From Ignavibacteriota bacterium (GTDB lineage: Bacteria > Bacteroidota > Ignavibacteria > Palsa-1295): 64,000 nt of DNA. A program made the translations under genes and the position numbers. Under the pieces are notes generated by a model. The model saw nothing but the letters and a program-made list of their open reading frames with translations. It was not told the DNA's origin and ran no database searches. The DNA lies in contig CAWBEI010000002.1 of assembly GCA_963787835.1 (NCBI GenBank), positions 1,248,001-1,312,000 of the forward strand, written 5' to 3'. Below are positions 37,786-46,830 of the stretch, piece after piece. Positions within the stretch are counted from its first letter, which is position 1. The number at the start of each line of letters is the position of its first letter.

Positions 37786-38370
37786 ATGAAAACAGTTATT
37801 ACTTCGATATTAATGACGGTAGTGCTTACCGTACTGGTGGGAATTATCTATCCACTTGCTATGACGGGCATTGCGCAACTGCTTTTTCCAGCGCAGGCGA
37901 ATGGGAGCCTTGTAATGAAAGATGGTAAGGTTGTTGGCTCATCGCTGATTGGCCAGAGCTTTGGTTTGCCGCAATATTTTCACAGCCGCCCGTCGGCGGC
38001 TGGCACGGGCTATGACGGCATGAATTCCGGCGGTTCGAATCTCGGCCCGACGAGCAAGGCATTGATGGATCGGCTTACGCACGACCGGGATTCGCTTGAG
38101 AAGCTCTATCCTGAACTGAAAGGCGTTGCGCTTCCAGCAGATTTCCTCACAACTTCGGGTTCCGGCCTCGACCCCGATATTAGTGTTGCCAATGCGATGT
38201 TGCAAGCACCTATTGTTGCGCAATATAATAATTTAAATGTCGATACTGTTAAATCGATGGTGACTGCACATATTAAAGGCCGCGATCTTGGTTTCCTGGG
38301 CGAGCCGCATGTGAATGTGCTTGAACTTAATCTTGATCTACTTGAGCGAACGAAGACTCCAACACACTGA
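37786..38370 (+). CDS. kdpC: K+-transporting ATPase subunit C
   Basis: QANGSL, YFHSRPSA, SGSGLDPDIS and VNVLELNL motifs. Confidence 0.97.
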   Translation: MKTVITSILMTVVLTVLVGIIYPLAMTGIAQLLFPAQANGSLVMKDGKVVGSSLIGQSFGLPQYFHSRPSAAGTGYDGMNSGGSNLGPTSKALMDRLTHDRDSLEKLYPELKGVALPADFLTTSGSGLDPDISVANAMLQAPIVAQYNNLNVDTVKSMVTAHIKGRDLGFLGEPHVNVLELNLDLLERTKTPTH

Positions 38371-38373
38371 TTC

Positions 38374-40038
38374 ATGACTGACGCTCTTTCTGTCGAAGAC
38401 CTGCTTCACGAGATCAATTACGCAGAGGAAGCACCGCTGCGGATTTATCTCGGTGCGGCGCCGGGAGTGGGAAAGACGTACCGAATGCTTCAGGATGGGA
38501 ATGCGCTCCGCAATCGCGGCGTGGATGTTGTGCTCGGTTACGTCGAGCCTCATGACCGGAAAGACACGCTCGATCAGATCAAAGATCTGGAAATAATTCC
38601 ACCCAAACAGATCGAGTATAAAGGGGTTGTTCTTCATGAGTTAGATGTCGATGCTGTTATTGCACGTAAGCCACAGGTGGTGCTCGTCGATGAGTTGGCT
38701 CATACAAACGCAACGGGTTCCAAACACGAAAAGCGATATGAAGACATTGAAGACCTGCTTGCTGCAGGCATAGCCGTCTTCAGCACCTGCAACGTGCAAC
38801 ATTTGGAGAGCGTGCATGACATGGTCGAGCGTATGACCGGCGTGAAGGTCCAGGAGCGGGTTCCCGATACATTCTTCGCCCTGGCGCGAGAGATGATCAT
38901 CGTCGATGTGACGCCGGATGAACTTCAGGAGCGGATGCGGCAGGGGAAGATCTATCCACTCGAACGCATCGAGCGATCGCTGTCAAATTTTTTTACTCAT
39001 AGCAACATCAGCATGCTGCGCGAACTGGCGTTGCGCGAACTGGCGAACGACGTCGAGCAGAAAGATAAAGATAAGCGCCGCGAAACCAATACCCCCGGCA
39101 CGGCAACATCCGGCGAGAAAGTGCTCGTTGCCATTCCGCCCACTGAACAGGCCGACCGGCTGATTCGGCGAGGTTCCCGCATGGCTGGACGTATGAATGC
39201 TAAATGGATCGTAGCGTTCGTCGAGAGCAAGAAGACAGTGTTGACCGAAACTATGGAAGCAAAACTGCGAGAATCTTTTATGCTTGCGCGCTCGCTGGGC
39301 GGGACGGTTGTGCAACTGAAAGGCGAACAGGTTGCCAAAACTCTGATCGATTTTGCGCGCGCGGAGGGGGTAACCCAGATCGTCATCGGGGCCACGCAAC
39401 GAGCCATTTGGAAGCGGTATTTCTCTCGCACCGTTGTGGGTGAATTACTCAACCTTGCCGGTGAGTTCGGTGTCTATGTCGTACCCCTCCAGCACGATTC
39501 GGATGAAGTAGAGCGCCTTGTTTCGCCGTCATCCACTGCGGTTCCGCAGGAACAGCCGGTACGGCTTACCGATTATATTTTGCCTGCGAGTATTATTGCA
39601 GATCTTCGCAGCGTCACAACGGTCGAGCAGACGATTGCGGTACTCATAGACCTTCTGATTCAGAAAAACGGTGAGCTGGCCTCCCGCCGCGCGGAAATTC
39701 ACGATCTCATTATGCGCCGCGAGCGGCTGATGAGTACGTTCCTCGATACCGGAATTGCTATACCTCATGCCGCCGGTTTTTCCGGCACGAGTGACATTCA
39801 TGCCGTGATGGCGCTCACGCCGGATGGCGTCGTATCGTTAGGCCGCGATCAAAAAGCGTATAGTGTAGTATTATTTTTGAGTCCTGAAGTAGGGAAGGCC
39901 AATCATTTGAAATTCCTTGCGGCGATCGCGAAAGTCTTCATCGATAAGACCACCACGCGGGAGATCGCCACGATGCCTTCCGCCGAAGATGCCTGGCAGT
40001 TCATTCATAAGCTGGAGTTGACAGGGCGAACGAATTAG
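38374..40038 (+). CDS. kdpD: Soluble KdpD sensor: KdpD N-domain + Usp + PTS EIIA-like domain, no TM or kinase
   Basis: GAAPGVGKT, LVDELAHTN and LRELALR; Usp domain; C-terminal RRERLMSTFLDTGIAIPH and HLKFLAAIA (EIIA type 2). Confidence 0.85.
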   Translation: MTDALSVEDLLHEINYAEEAPLRIYLGAAPGVGKTYRMLQDGNALRNRGVDVVLGYVEPHDRKDTLDQIKDLEIIPPKQIEYKGVVLHELDVDAVIARKPQVVLVDELAHTNATGSKHEKRYEDIEDLLAAGIAVFSTCNVQHLESVHDMVERMTGVKVQERVPDTFFALAREMIIVDVTPDELQERMRQGKIYPLERIERSLSNFFTHSNISMLRELALRELANDVEQKDKDKRRETNTPGTATSGEKVLVAIPPTEQADRLIRRGSRMAGRMNAKWIVAFVESKKTVLTETMEAKLRESFMLARSLGGTVVQLKGEQVAKTLIDFARAEGVTQIVIGATQRAIWKRYFSRTVVGELLNLAGEFGVYVVPLQHDSDEVERLVSPSSTAVPQEQPVRLTDYILPASIIADLRSVTTVEQTIAVLIDLLIQKNGELASRRAEIHDLIMRRERLMSTFLDTGIAIPHAAGFSGTSDIHAVMALTPDGVVSLGRDQKAYSVVLFLSPEVGKANHLKFLAAIAKVFIDKTTTREIATMPSAEDAWQFIHKLELTGRTN

Positions 40039-40107
40039 GGCGTAATATGAAATTTAGGTTGCGTTGAAGTTATTTGTGGGCGATCTGATGTTTCGGAGTC
40101 GCGCCAC

Positions 40108-41979
40108 ATGAAAATTACGCTGATCCTCGTCCTTAATGCCGGCCTGATCGGCCTGTTCATTTACCTGCTTAGAAAAAAGAACCTGCTTTCCTTTATGGAT
40201 GGCGGGAAATGGTGGCTTACGTGGCTTTCCATCGCTATCATCACGCTGATGGACGAGCTGACATCCGTCTTTTATGTTGCCGCAGAGTCTTACCTTATTG
40301 TTGGGCTTGCGGCATTTGTGTTTATTATTGCAACCTCGATCTTTGTCCGATTTCTATCGAGCAGGATGGTCGAGATCGCGCATATTCTGGAGCATCACGG
40401 AATTCGGGGCGGCGGCGTGTATAGCTTTAGTTACCTTGTGCTGGGGCCAACGATGTCCTTCGCGGCGGTGGCGTCGATCCTTGTTGATTATATTCTCACC
40501 GCAGCGATCTCGACCGTTGCGGCCGTCTATAATGGAAGTTCATTCTTCCATCTTCCTCAATATGTCATCTATGGTTTGTTTTTGTTGGTCATTTGGTCTG
40601 TGGCCTTCTTGAACATCATTGGTATTCGGGAGAATGCACGTTTCACGTTCTTGATCTTCATCGCGGCGGCGATGGTATTAATGACGCTCATTTTTTCGGC
40701 CATTATGTCGCCGAGCGCTGGGCAGATCGGTATGGTAGGTGAAGGTTTTCATAGTTCTTGGACCAGACTAACCGGAGGAAGTTTATTCGACGGCGCAAGC
40801 TTCTTCATCTTCGGATTTGCCGGAGTTATTCTTGCGTACTCGGGGATCGAAAGTGTGGTGCAGACGGCGGGGCTTGTAAAAAGTTGGAAGGATATTCGTA
40901 AAGCGTATATTTTCCTCGCGGTGACGGTCGGTATTGTGACGCCGCTCATCACCATGCTTGTCCTTACCCGGACGGACATCAATTTTGCATTGCATGAGGA
41001 TGACCTCATAACCTATTTTGGTACGGTCGTTAATGGGCCGTGGTTCGGATATATTGTTGGCGCGCTGGCGAGCTTTACGCTTATCATGGCGGTGAACACC
41101 GCGTTCGTGGCTTCGAGTGAACTGTTGGAGCGCGTGGCGCACCGGTATGGGTTCCATTGGCTCATTAAGACGAACAAGGCGGATTCACTCTACCGCATTC
41201 ACATCATCAATGCCACACTCTTTAGCGTTATCATTGCAATCACAGCCGGAAGCCAGGAGATGCTGGCTCACATGTATGCTGTTGGTTTGGTAGCCAGCTT
41301 CACGATCAACATGGGCGCGCTCGTGTACTACCGGTACTCGCGTGGCAGCGAGGAGATCCCCGATTATTATACTTCCCGTACGGGTACATTCGTGATCTTC
41401 CTGCTGCTACTGGCGTGCTTCGGATTTATCGCGTTCCACAAATGGCAGGGTTTTGTGCTTTGGGCGATCACGGTCACGATCTTCCAGATCATTGGGTTCC
41501 GCGTAGCGAAACGGCGCGCGCCGGAGATCGAGCAGTTCAAGAAGACGGATAATCCGATGGATATCATCTTCCGCATTGCGGAAGCGGATCCGGAGAAGCC
41601 TTTCCATTTTTATTTTCGGAGGGTGCAGGATACCTCCCCGATCATTGAGGAAGCCAATGTTGCTTACGTCACGTTTTACTCGCCACGCTCGGGTTCACCG
41701 GCGAAGCTGGGCAGGAATCATTTCCTACTGACGATCTACCGGGAATCCCTCGAGCGGCGGCTCGTATCGCTGATCCACATGCTGCAATACGATTTTGCCG
41801 ATCGCGACATCATCTTTCACGTAGGATGGCCGACCTCGAGCTGGGTCGATCGCTTCTCAACCGGCGTGATGGTCTTTTCTCTTATTCGATTGCCGCGACG
41901 GTTCCCAGCGTATAGTTTTGTGATGGAATACGAAGGTTCCGAAGAAAAGGCCTTGATCGATGCCAAAGCCAATGCGTGA
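40108..41979 (+). CDS. APC-superfamily transporter, KimA-like (putative K+ importer)
   Basis: DELTSVFY, GGG.Y, SILVDYILTAAIS, AYSGIES and MYAVG motifs resemble the KimA/YdaO fold; last gene of the kdp run. Confidence 0.7.
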   Translation: MKITLILVLNAGLIGLFIYLLRKKNLLSFMDGGKWWLTWLSIAIITLMDELTSVFYVAAESYLIVGLAAFVFIIATSIFVRFLSSRMVEIAHILEHHGIRGGGVYSFSYLVLGPTMSFAAVASILVDYILTAAISTVAAVYNGSSFFHLPQYVIYGLFLLVIWSVAFLNIIGIRENARFTFLIFIAAAMVLMTLIFSAIMSPSAGQIGMVGEGFHSSWTRLTGGSLFDGASFFIFGFAGVILAYSGIESVVQTAGLVKSWKDIRKAYIFLAVTVGIVTPLITMLVLTRTDINFALHEDDLITYFGTVVNGPWFGYIVGALASFTLIMAVNTAFVASSELLERVAHRYGFHWLIKTNKADSLYRIHIINATLFSVIIAITAGSQEMLAHMYAVGLVASFTINMGALVYYRYSRGSEEIPDYYTSRTGTFVIFLLLLACFGFIAFHKWQGFVLWAITVTIFQIIGFRVAKRRAPEIEQFKKTDNPMDIIFRIAEADPEKPFHFYFRRVQDTSPIIEEANVAYVTFYSPRSGSPAKLGRNHFLLTIYRESLERRLVSLIHMLQYDFADRDIIFHVGWPTSSWVDRFSTGVMVFSLIRLPRRFPAYSFVMEYEGSEEKALIDAKANA

Positions 41980-42667
41980 TGTTGCTGCCATATTGGTCGC
42001 CGGAGGGTCATCCGTTCGTTTTGGCTCGCGTAAACAGTTCGAGTTAATAGGCGATCTGCCGATGTACCAATATGTGGCGCGGACGTTCGCGCGCATTGAC
42101 TCCGTTCATACTATAGTGCTCGTTGGTCCCGAATCTGATATAGCGGAGATGCAGGCCGGGATGCAAAGCTTGAATCTGAATGTGAACTATAAAGTGGTGG
42201 CGGGCGGCGCAGCGAGACAGGAATCCGCTGAGAACGGATTACGCACTGTTGACGATGAAGACATCACGATTGGAATTGTGCATGATGTGGCGCGCGCATT
42301 AGTGGAGGAATCGCTTATTCGTTCCGTCATTGCGGCAATACGAGAGCATGGTGCGGCGGTCGCGTGCGTACCGGTCGTCGATACGATAAAACGTGCGGCG
42401 AATGATGAGATCATTGAAACCATCCCCCGCGAGAACCTGTGGCGCGCACAGACTCCGCAGGGTGCGCACATCTCGCTGTTACGCGATGCCTACGACTACG
42501 CGCGAACTGCGCACCTGCTTGCTACCGACGAATCCCAGCTTCTGGAGCAGATCGGCCAGCGACCACGCATTGTGCGTGGCAGCGAGATGAACTTCAAGAT
42601 CACCTATCCGGCCGATTTGGATCGAGCACGCGCCGCAATGGCGGATGGCTTGCGGAACGCTTCATAA
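41972..42667 (+). CDS. ispD: 2-C-methyl-D-erythritol 4-phosphate cytidylyltransferase
   Basis: AGGSSVRFG..KQF, GG..RQES, HDVAR, AQTPQ and NFKITYP.D motifs. Confidence 0.93.
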   Translation: MRDVAAILVAGGSSVRFGSRKQFELIGDLPMYQYVARTFARIDSVHTIVLVGPESDIAEMQAGMQSLNLNVNYKVVAGGAARQESAENGLRTVDDEDITIGIVHDVARALVEESLIRSVIAAIREHGAAVACVPVVDTIKRAANDEIIETIPRENLWRAQTPQGAHISLLRDAYDYARTAHLLATDESQLLEQIGQRPRIVRGSEMNFKITYPADLDRARAAMADGLRNAS

Positions 42668-42726
42668 CTAATTTTCTTTGGGGGTGAGTCCACTATTAGA
42701 TTCACATCTCATCCACCATTATCAAC

Positions 42727-43431
42727 ATGAAAAACGCTTTCCTCATCTTTACCATCTCTTTGCTCGCAGCGTCGTATGGCTGTTCGCTCGTTCCATCACC
42801 AAAATCTTCGACACCGGCGACCGTTGTCATCCCGAACACGGGTACAAGCTGGATGTTCCAGAATACGTATATCGATAGTACCGGAAAAGTCCTAAGGATG
42901 GACACCTCAACGAGGACCGTCGTGGCGGTGAACCAGACCATCCAGGGTGATTCCGGTGTGGTGGAGACCATCGAGACCTATACCACAAAGGCGACCGCCC
43001 CCGACACCATCTATTTCCGCTATCTTTCGAACGGCGATATTTCGCGGCTTAGCTGGCCGCTCCTTGCGCCGCATATTGCGCCCGAATGGCTGACGGTCCC
43101 CTATTATACGCACAAAACAGAACCCTATAACTGGTCCGGGAATTTTTCACTGCTTGGCTATACCAAGGATACGATCTCGTTTTCCACGTCCTATGACGAT
43201 CAGGCGAGCGACACCGTGGCGGGGGTGGTCTATTCGGCGAGTGTGGTCAATACCACGATCTGGGAGAATCTGACGGGGCCTGGGAAGGATAGTCTCATCG
43301 TACAGAACCAAACGAACGCGTTCATTGCCTCCAATGGAATTTTTGGCAGCCGAGGCAGCAGCCTACACACCATCAATGGCAAGCAAGTGTCGCGCGAGCA
43401 GCAGGTCCTGATCGCGGTGAATATAAAGTAG
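42727..43431 (+). CDS. Hypothetical lipoprotein
   Basis: SYGC lipobox; Thr-rich beta content. Confidence 0.7.
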   Translation: MKNAFLIFTISLLAASYGCSLVPSPKSSTPATVVIPNTGTSWMFQNTYIDSTGKVLRMDTSTRTVVAVNQTIQGDSGVVETIETYTTKATAPDTIYFRYLSNGDISRLSWPLLAPHIAPEWLTVPYYTHKTEPYNWSGNFSLLGYTKDTISFSTSYDDQASDTVAGVVYSASVVNTTIWENLTGPGKDSLIVQNQTNAFIASNGIFGSRGSSLHTINGKQVSREQQVLIAVNIK

Positions 43432-43455
43432 AGAATTCCGAAAGGACGATAGGAC

Positions 43456-43488
43456 ATAGCCGGAGATGTAAGTCCCCGGCTATTTTTT
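43456..43488 (+). terminator. Rho-independent terminator
   Basis: ATAGCCGGAGA-tgtaag-TCCCCGGCTAT followed by a T run. Confidence 0.75.
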
Positions 43489-43696
43489 GTGATTTCAGGA
43501 GAGGAAAAACAAACAAAATTTCAAAATGTGTGTGTAAAGAGTGCCACGATTTTCAGGATTAGGGGCCAATTTTTGCCAAGTTTCTTTACGGTTTTTCCAC
43601 AACGATTTCGGTTACGCTTATGTTTCCATACTCCTGCATCATTGCAAGCAATCAAAATTGGCCTAAATGTGCCAAATTCGAAGAATTTAAGAAGGA

Positions 43697-44362
43697 ATGC
43701 TCAATCTTATCGTAGTCATTATCGCGAGCTACTTAATCGGCTCGATCCCATTCGGGGTACTCATCTCAAAGAAATTTCGCGGATTCGATATCCGCACCAA
43801 AGGGTCGGGGAACATCGGCTCCACGAACGCCTTTCGAACATTAGGGTGGAAACTTGGTCTGGTCGTTCAAATTTTGGATCTGGCAAAAGGATTTGGCGTC
43901 GTTCTACTCGCCACGTTTCTCTTTAAGGGGCTTCCGTTCCATAATGCCACGCCATTTCAGGATGTCACGGTGTTCCGTTTGATCGCGGGTTGCTCTGCTG
44001 TATTGGGGCACGTATTCACGGTCTTCGGCGGGTTTCGAGGCGGTAAGGGAATCTCGACTGCGGCAGGCATGATGATCGGGGTAGCTCCGGTGGAAGTGGC
44101 CGTCGCAATAGGAATTTTTCTTTTGGTGGTGTTCTTCAGCGGTTATGTATCGCTGGCATCGATCATCGCGGCTATTACGCTGCCGACGACGATGTTCTTG
44201 CGTGAGAATGCCTTCGGCGTTCAAATTATGGGCTATAACACGCTGATCTTTTTTGTGATCGGGCTATCGTCGTTCCTGATCTATACGCATCGGTCGAATA
44301 TCGCCCGCCTGCTTGCGAACCGGGAACACCGGTTCGATAAGCTGCGGATCTTTCGAAGCTGA
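43697..44362 (+). CDS. plsY: Glycerol-3-phosphate acyltransferase PlsY
   Basis: YLIGSIP, GSGNIGSTN, GH.F...FRGGKG and HRSNI.RL motifs. Confidence 0.95.
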   Translation: MLNLIVVIIASYLIGSIPFGVLISKKFRGFDIRTKGSGNIGSTNAFRTLGWKLGLVVQILDLAKGFGVVLLATFLFKGLPFHNATPFQDVTVFRLIAGCSAVLGHVFTVFGGFRGGKGISTAAGMMIGVAPVEVAVAIGIFLLVVFFSGYVSLASIIAAITLPTTMFLRENAFGVQIMGYNTLIFFVIGLSSFLIYTHRSNIARLLANREHRFDKLRIFRS

Positions 44363-44402
44363 TGTTAGTAGTCTCAGCGGTGAGACGTAGCACAAACACG
44401 CT

Positions 44403-45401
44403 GTGAAGACTGTAGTCATAGGCGCGGGAGGCTGGGGCACCACGCTGGCCCGTATGCTCGATGAACGAGGGCATGAGGTCACCCTGTGGGCACGGCGGGA
44501 AAAATTTGCAGATCAAATTCGCCACGCACGTGAAAATGCGGTGTATCTTCCGGGCGTTGCGATCTCGCCGTTTATTGAGGTCACGCATGATGCCTCTGCC
44601 CTGGATGGTAAAGAGTTATATGTCTTTGCCCTGCCAAGTCAGGAAACACGTAAGGTCGTACACGATCTTTCCAAACATATCTCACGATCGAACGCGATCT
44701 ATGTAAGTGCCTCGAAAGGGATTGAAAAAAATACCCTGTTACGAGTAACAGAAGTATTGGCCGATACGCTGGGAGTTGTGGCATCCCGAACCGCTGTGCT
44801 TTCCGGTCCAAGCCATGCCGAGGAAGTGGCACGTCAGGTTCCCACAGCGATCGTTGCAGCCAGTACCGAGCATGATGTGGCACGTGAGGTTCAAAGTGCA
44901 TTTTTCCTTCCATATTTCAGGGTATATTCGAGTTCCGATGTGGTTGGAGTCGAGCTTGCTGCGGCGTTGAAAAATGTCATCGCGATCTGCGCCGGAATCA
45001 CGGATGGAGCAGGTTTCGGCGATAATACCAAAGCCGCCCTCATGACCCGAGGGCTCGCCGAAATGCGGCGATTAGGCATTGCGCTTGGCGCGGAGGAGCA
45101 TACGTTCAGCGGCCTTGCAGGATTAGGGGATCTCGTCGTCACCTGTTCGAGCAAGCATTCCAGAAATCGGTTCGTTGGCGAGCAAATTGGCCGAGGCCGA
45201 AAGCTCAAAGATATTTTGAACGATCTGAAAACCGTTGCCGAAGGCGTATCGACGGCGGAATCGGCAATGAGCCTTGCGGAACTCCACAAAATTGAAATGC
45301 CGATCGTCCAGGAGACGTACAAGATACTTTTCGAGAATAAAGACCCTCGCGAGGCAACCAATGACCTTATGAACCGTGACCCTAAATCGGAACGATGGTA
45401 A
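44403..45401 (+). CDS. gpsA: NAD(P)H-dependent glycerol-3-phosphate dehydrogenase
   Basis: GAGGWGT, SKGIE, SGPSHA, LKNVIAI and GDLVVTC.S.HSRN motifs. Confidence 0.96.
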   Translation: MKTVVIGAGGWGTTLARMLDERGHEVTLWARREKFADQIRHARENAVYLPGVAISPFIEVTHDASALDGKELYVFALPSQETRKVVHDLSKHISRSNAIYVSASKGIEKNTLLRVTEVLADTLGVVASRTAVLSGPSHAEEVARQVPTAIVAASTEHDVAREVQSAFFLPYFRVYSSSDVVGVELAAALKNVIAICAGITDGAGFGDNTKAALMTRGLAEMRRLGIALGAEEHTFSGLAGLGDLVVTCSSKHSRNRFVGEQIGRGRKLKDILNDLKTVAEGVSTAESAMSLAELHKIEMPIVQETYKILFENKDPREATNDLMNRDPKSERW

Positions 45402-45434
45402 ACGGCGGCACTCAGGATAAAACTTAATTACAAC

Positions 45435-46418
45435 ATGCTTCGAATTGGTATCGCCGGAGTCGGTCATTTAGGAAAAATTCACGCCAAGCTTTGGAAGGAA
45501 GTCGAGGGTGTTACCGTTGCGGGAATTTATGATGCAAATCCTGCCGTTGCGGGCGCCGTTTCGAATGACCTGAACAATCCCTGGTTTGAGGATTACGAAA
45601 AATTTCTTCAGCACGTCGATGCGCTCTCTATTGTAACTTCCACGCCATCGCATTATGCGATTGCAAAGGAAGCGATCGTTGCCGGCAAGCATGTCCTGAT
45701 CGAAAAGCCCATCACCACCACCACCGAGCAAGCCGAGGAACTTATCGAGCTTGCGAAAAAGCATCATGTAAAGATCCAGGTAGGCCATATCGAGCGGTTC
45801 AATCCGGCGCTGCTGGCAGCGGAGCATTATCTTAATGATCCTCGCTTTTTCGAGTCCCACCGCATGGCGCAGTTTCAGCCAAGAGGAACTGATGTTGCCG
45901 TTGTGCTCGATCTCATGATCCACGATATCAACGTCATCCTTTCACTTGTCAATTCGCCGGTAAAATCAATCGACGCTTCCGGCGTTGCCGTCGTCTCCGA
46001 GGAACTCGATATTGCCAACGCCCGCATCAAGTTCGAGAACGGCGCCGTTGCTAACGTGACCGCCAGCCGTATCTCCCAAACTCCGATGCGCAAGCTTCGC
46101 ATTTTTGCGAAGGATGCCTATCTCTCGCTCGATTTTGGAACGAAATCTGCCGACATCTTCCGGCTCATCTCTGGAGACGAGCAGTCACATCATAGTGGAC
46201 TTACCATGAAGCTCGGCCAGATCGAAAAGGGCAACATTCCCAGGACCATCATCTACGAAAAACCCGACGTTCGCGATCTGAACCCGCTGAAATACGAACT
46301 CGAAATTTTCCGAGATGCCATTGTGAACGATACCACACCGCTCGTCTCCGGCGAAGACGGCCTGAACGCCCTCCGTGTAGCCGAGATGATCCTGAAAGCC
46401 ATCGAAGAAGGGAAGTAA
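45435..46418 (+). CDS. Gfo/Idh/MocA oxidoreductase (GnnA-like)
   Basis: GVGHLG, IEKP, GHIERFNPA and DLMIHD motifs. Confidence 0.88.
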   Translation: MLRIGIAGVGHLGKIHAKLWKEVEGVTVAGIYDANPAVAGAVSNDLNNPWFEDYEKFLQHVDALSIVTSTPSHYAIAKEAIVAGKHVLIEKPITTTTEQAEELIELAKKHHVKIQVGHIERFNPALLAAEHYLNDPRFFESHRMAQFQPRGTDVAVVLDLMIHDINVILSLVNSPVKSIDASGVAVVSEELDIANARIKFENGAVANVTASRISQTPMRKLRIFAKDAYLSLDFGTKSADIFRLISGDEQSHHSGLTMKLGQIEKGNIPRTIIYEKPDVRDLNPLKYELEIFRDAIVNDTTPLVSGEDGLNALRVAEMILKAIEEGK

Positions 46419-46736
46419 TCTTTTTCCGTTGGAAATAGGTGCCATTTCTTTTTCTTGCTGAGTTCCCGACCACCCTCGAATGTAAGCCAAATTCGCCATT
46501 TGAGGCAAACGTTATTCACAATTCACTTTCGTGAAGAACTCGTTCATAATGAAAGCCGTCGCCCCCTCTATTTTCAATGAACTCCCCATCCTTCCCTAAT
46601 CCTGAGAATCCTGTAAATCGTGGTCTACTTCTTAATTCTTAATTGATACAGGGTGCCCATCACAGTAGATACTAATATACGCACTAAAATCGGCAAAGTC
46701 AAGGGATTCCGAAAAATAATTGATTTTTCGTGTGAT

Positions 46737-46806
46737 GTAGCGCAGGGGTCCTCGCCTGTCCCCCTGCGCGTGGAGGGAAGGGGACCGGCGGGGACGTCGG
46801 CGCTAC
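46737..46806. repeat. Degenerate REP doublet, same family as 16932-16993
   Basis: GTAGCGCAGGGGTCCTCGCCTGT...ACCGGCGGGGACGTCGGCGCTAC. Confidence 0.75.
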
Positions 46807-46830
46807 GATAATCCCCGTTCAACTGCCCTC

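Noticed and set aside
46419-46736. Possible ncRNA or small gene in the long intergenic gap
   Set aside because: Only decayed repeat fragments (AATCCTG-type 9-mers, TTCTTAA heptamers) are visible; no convincing ORF or RNA family.
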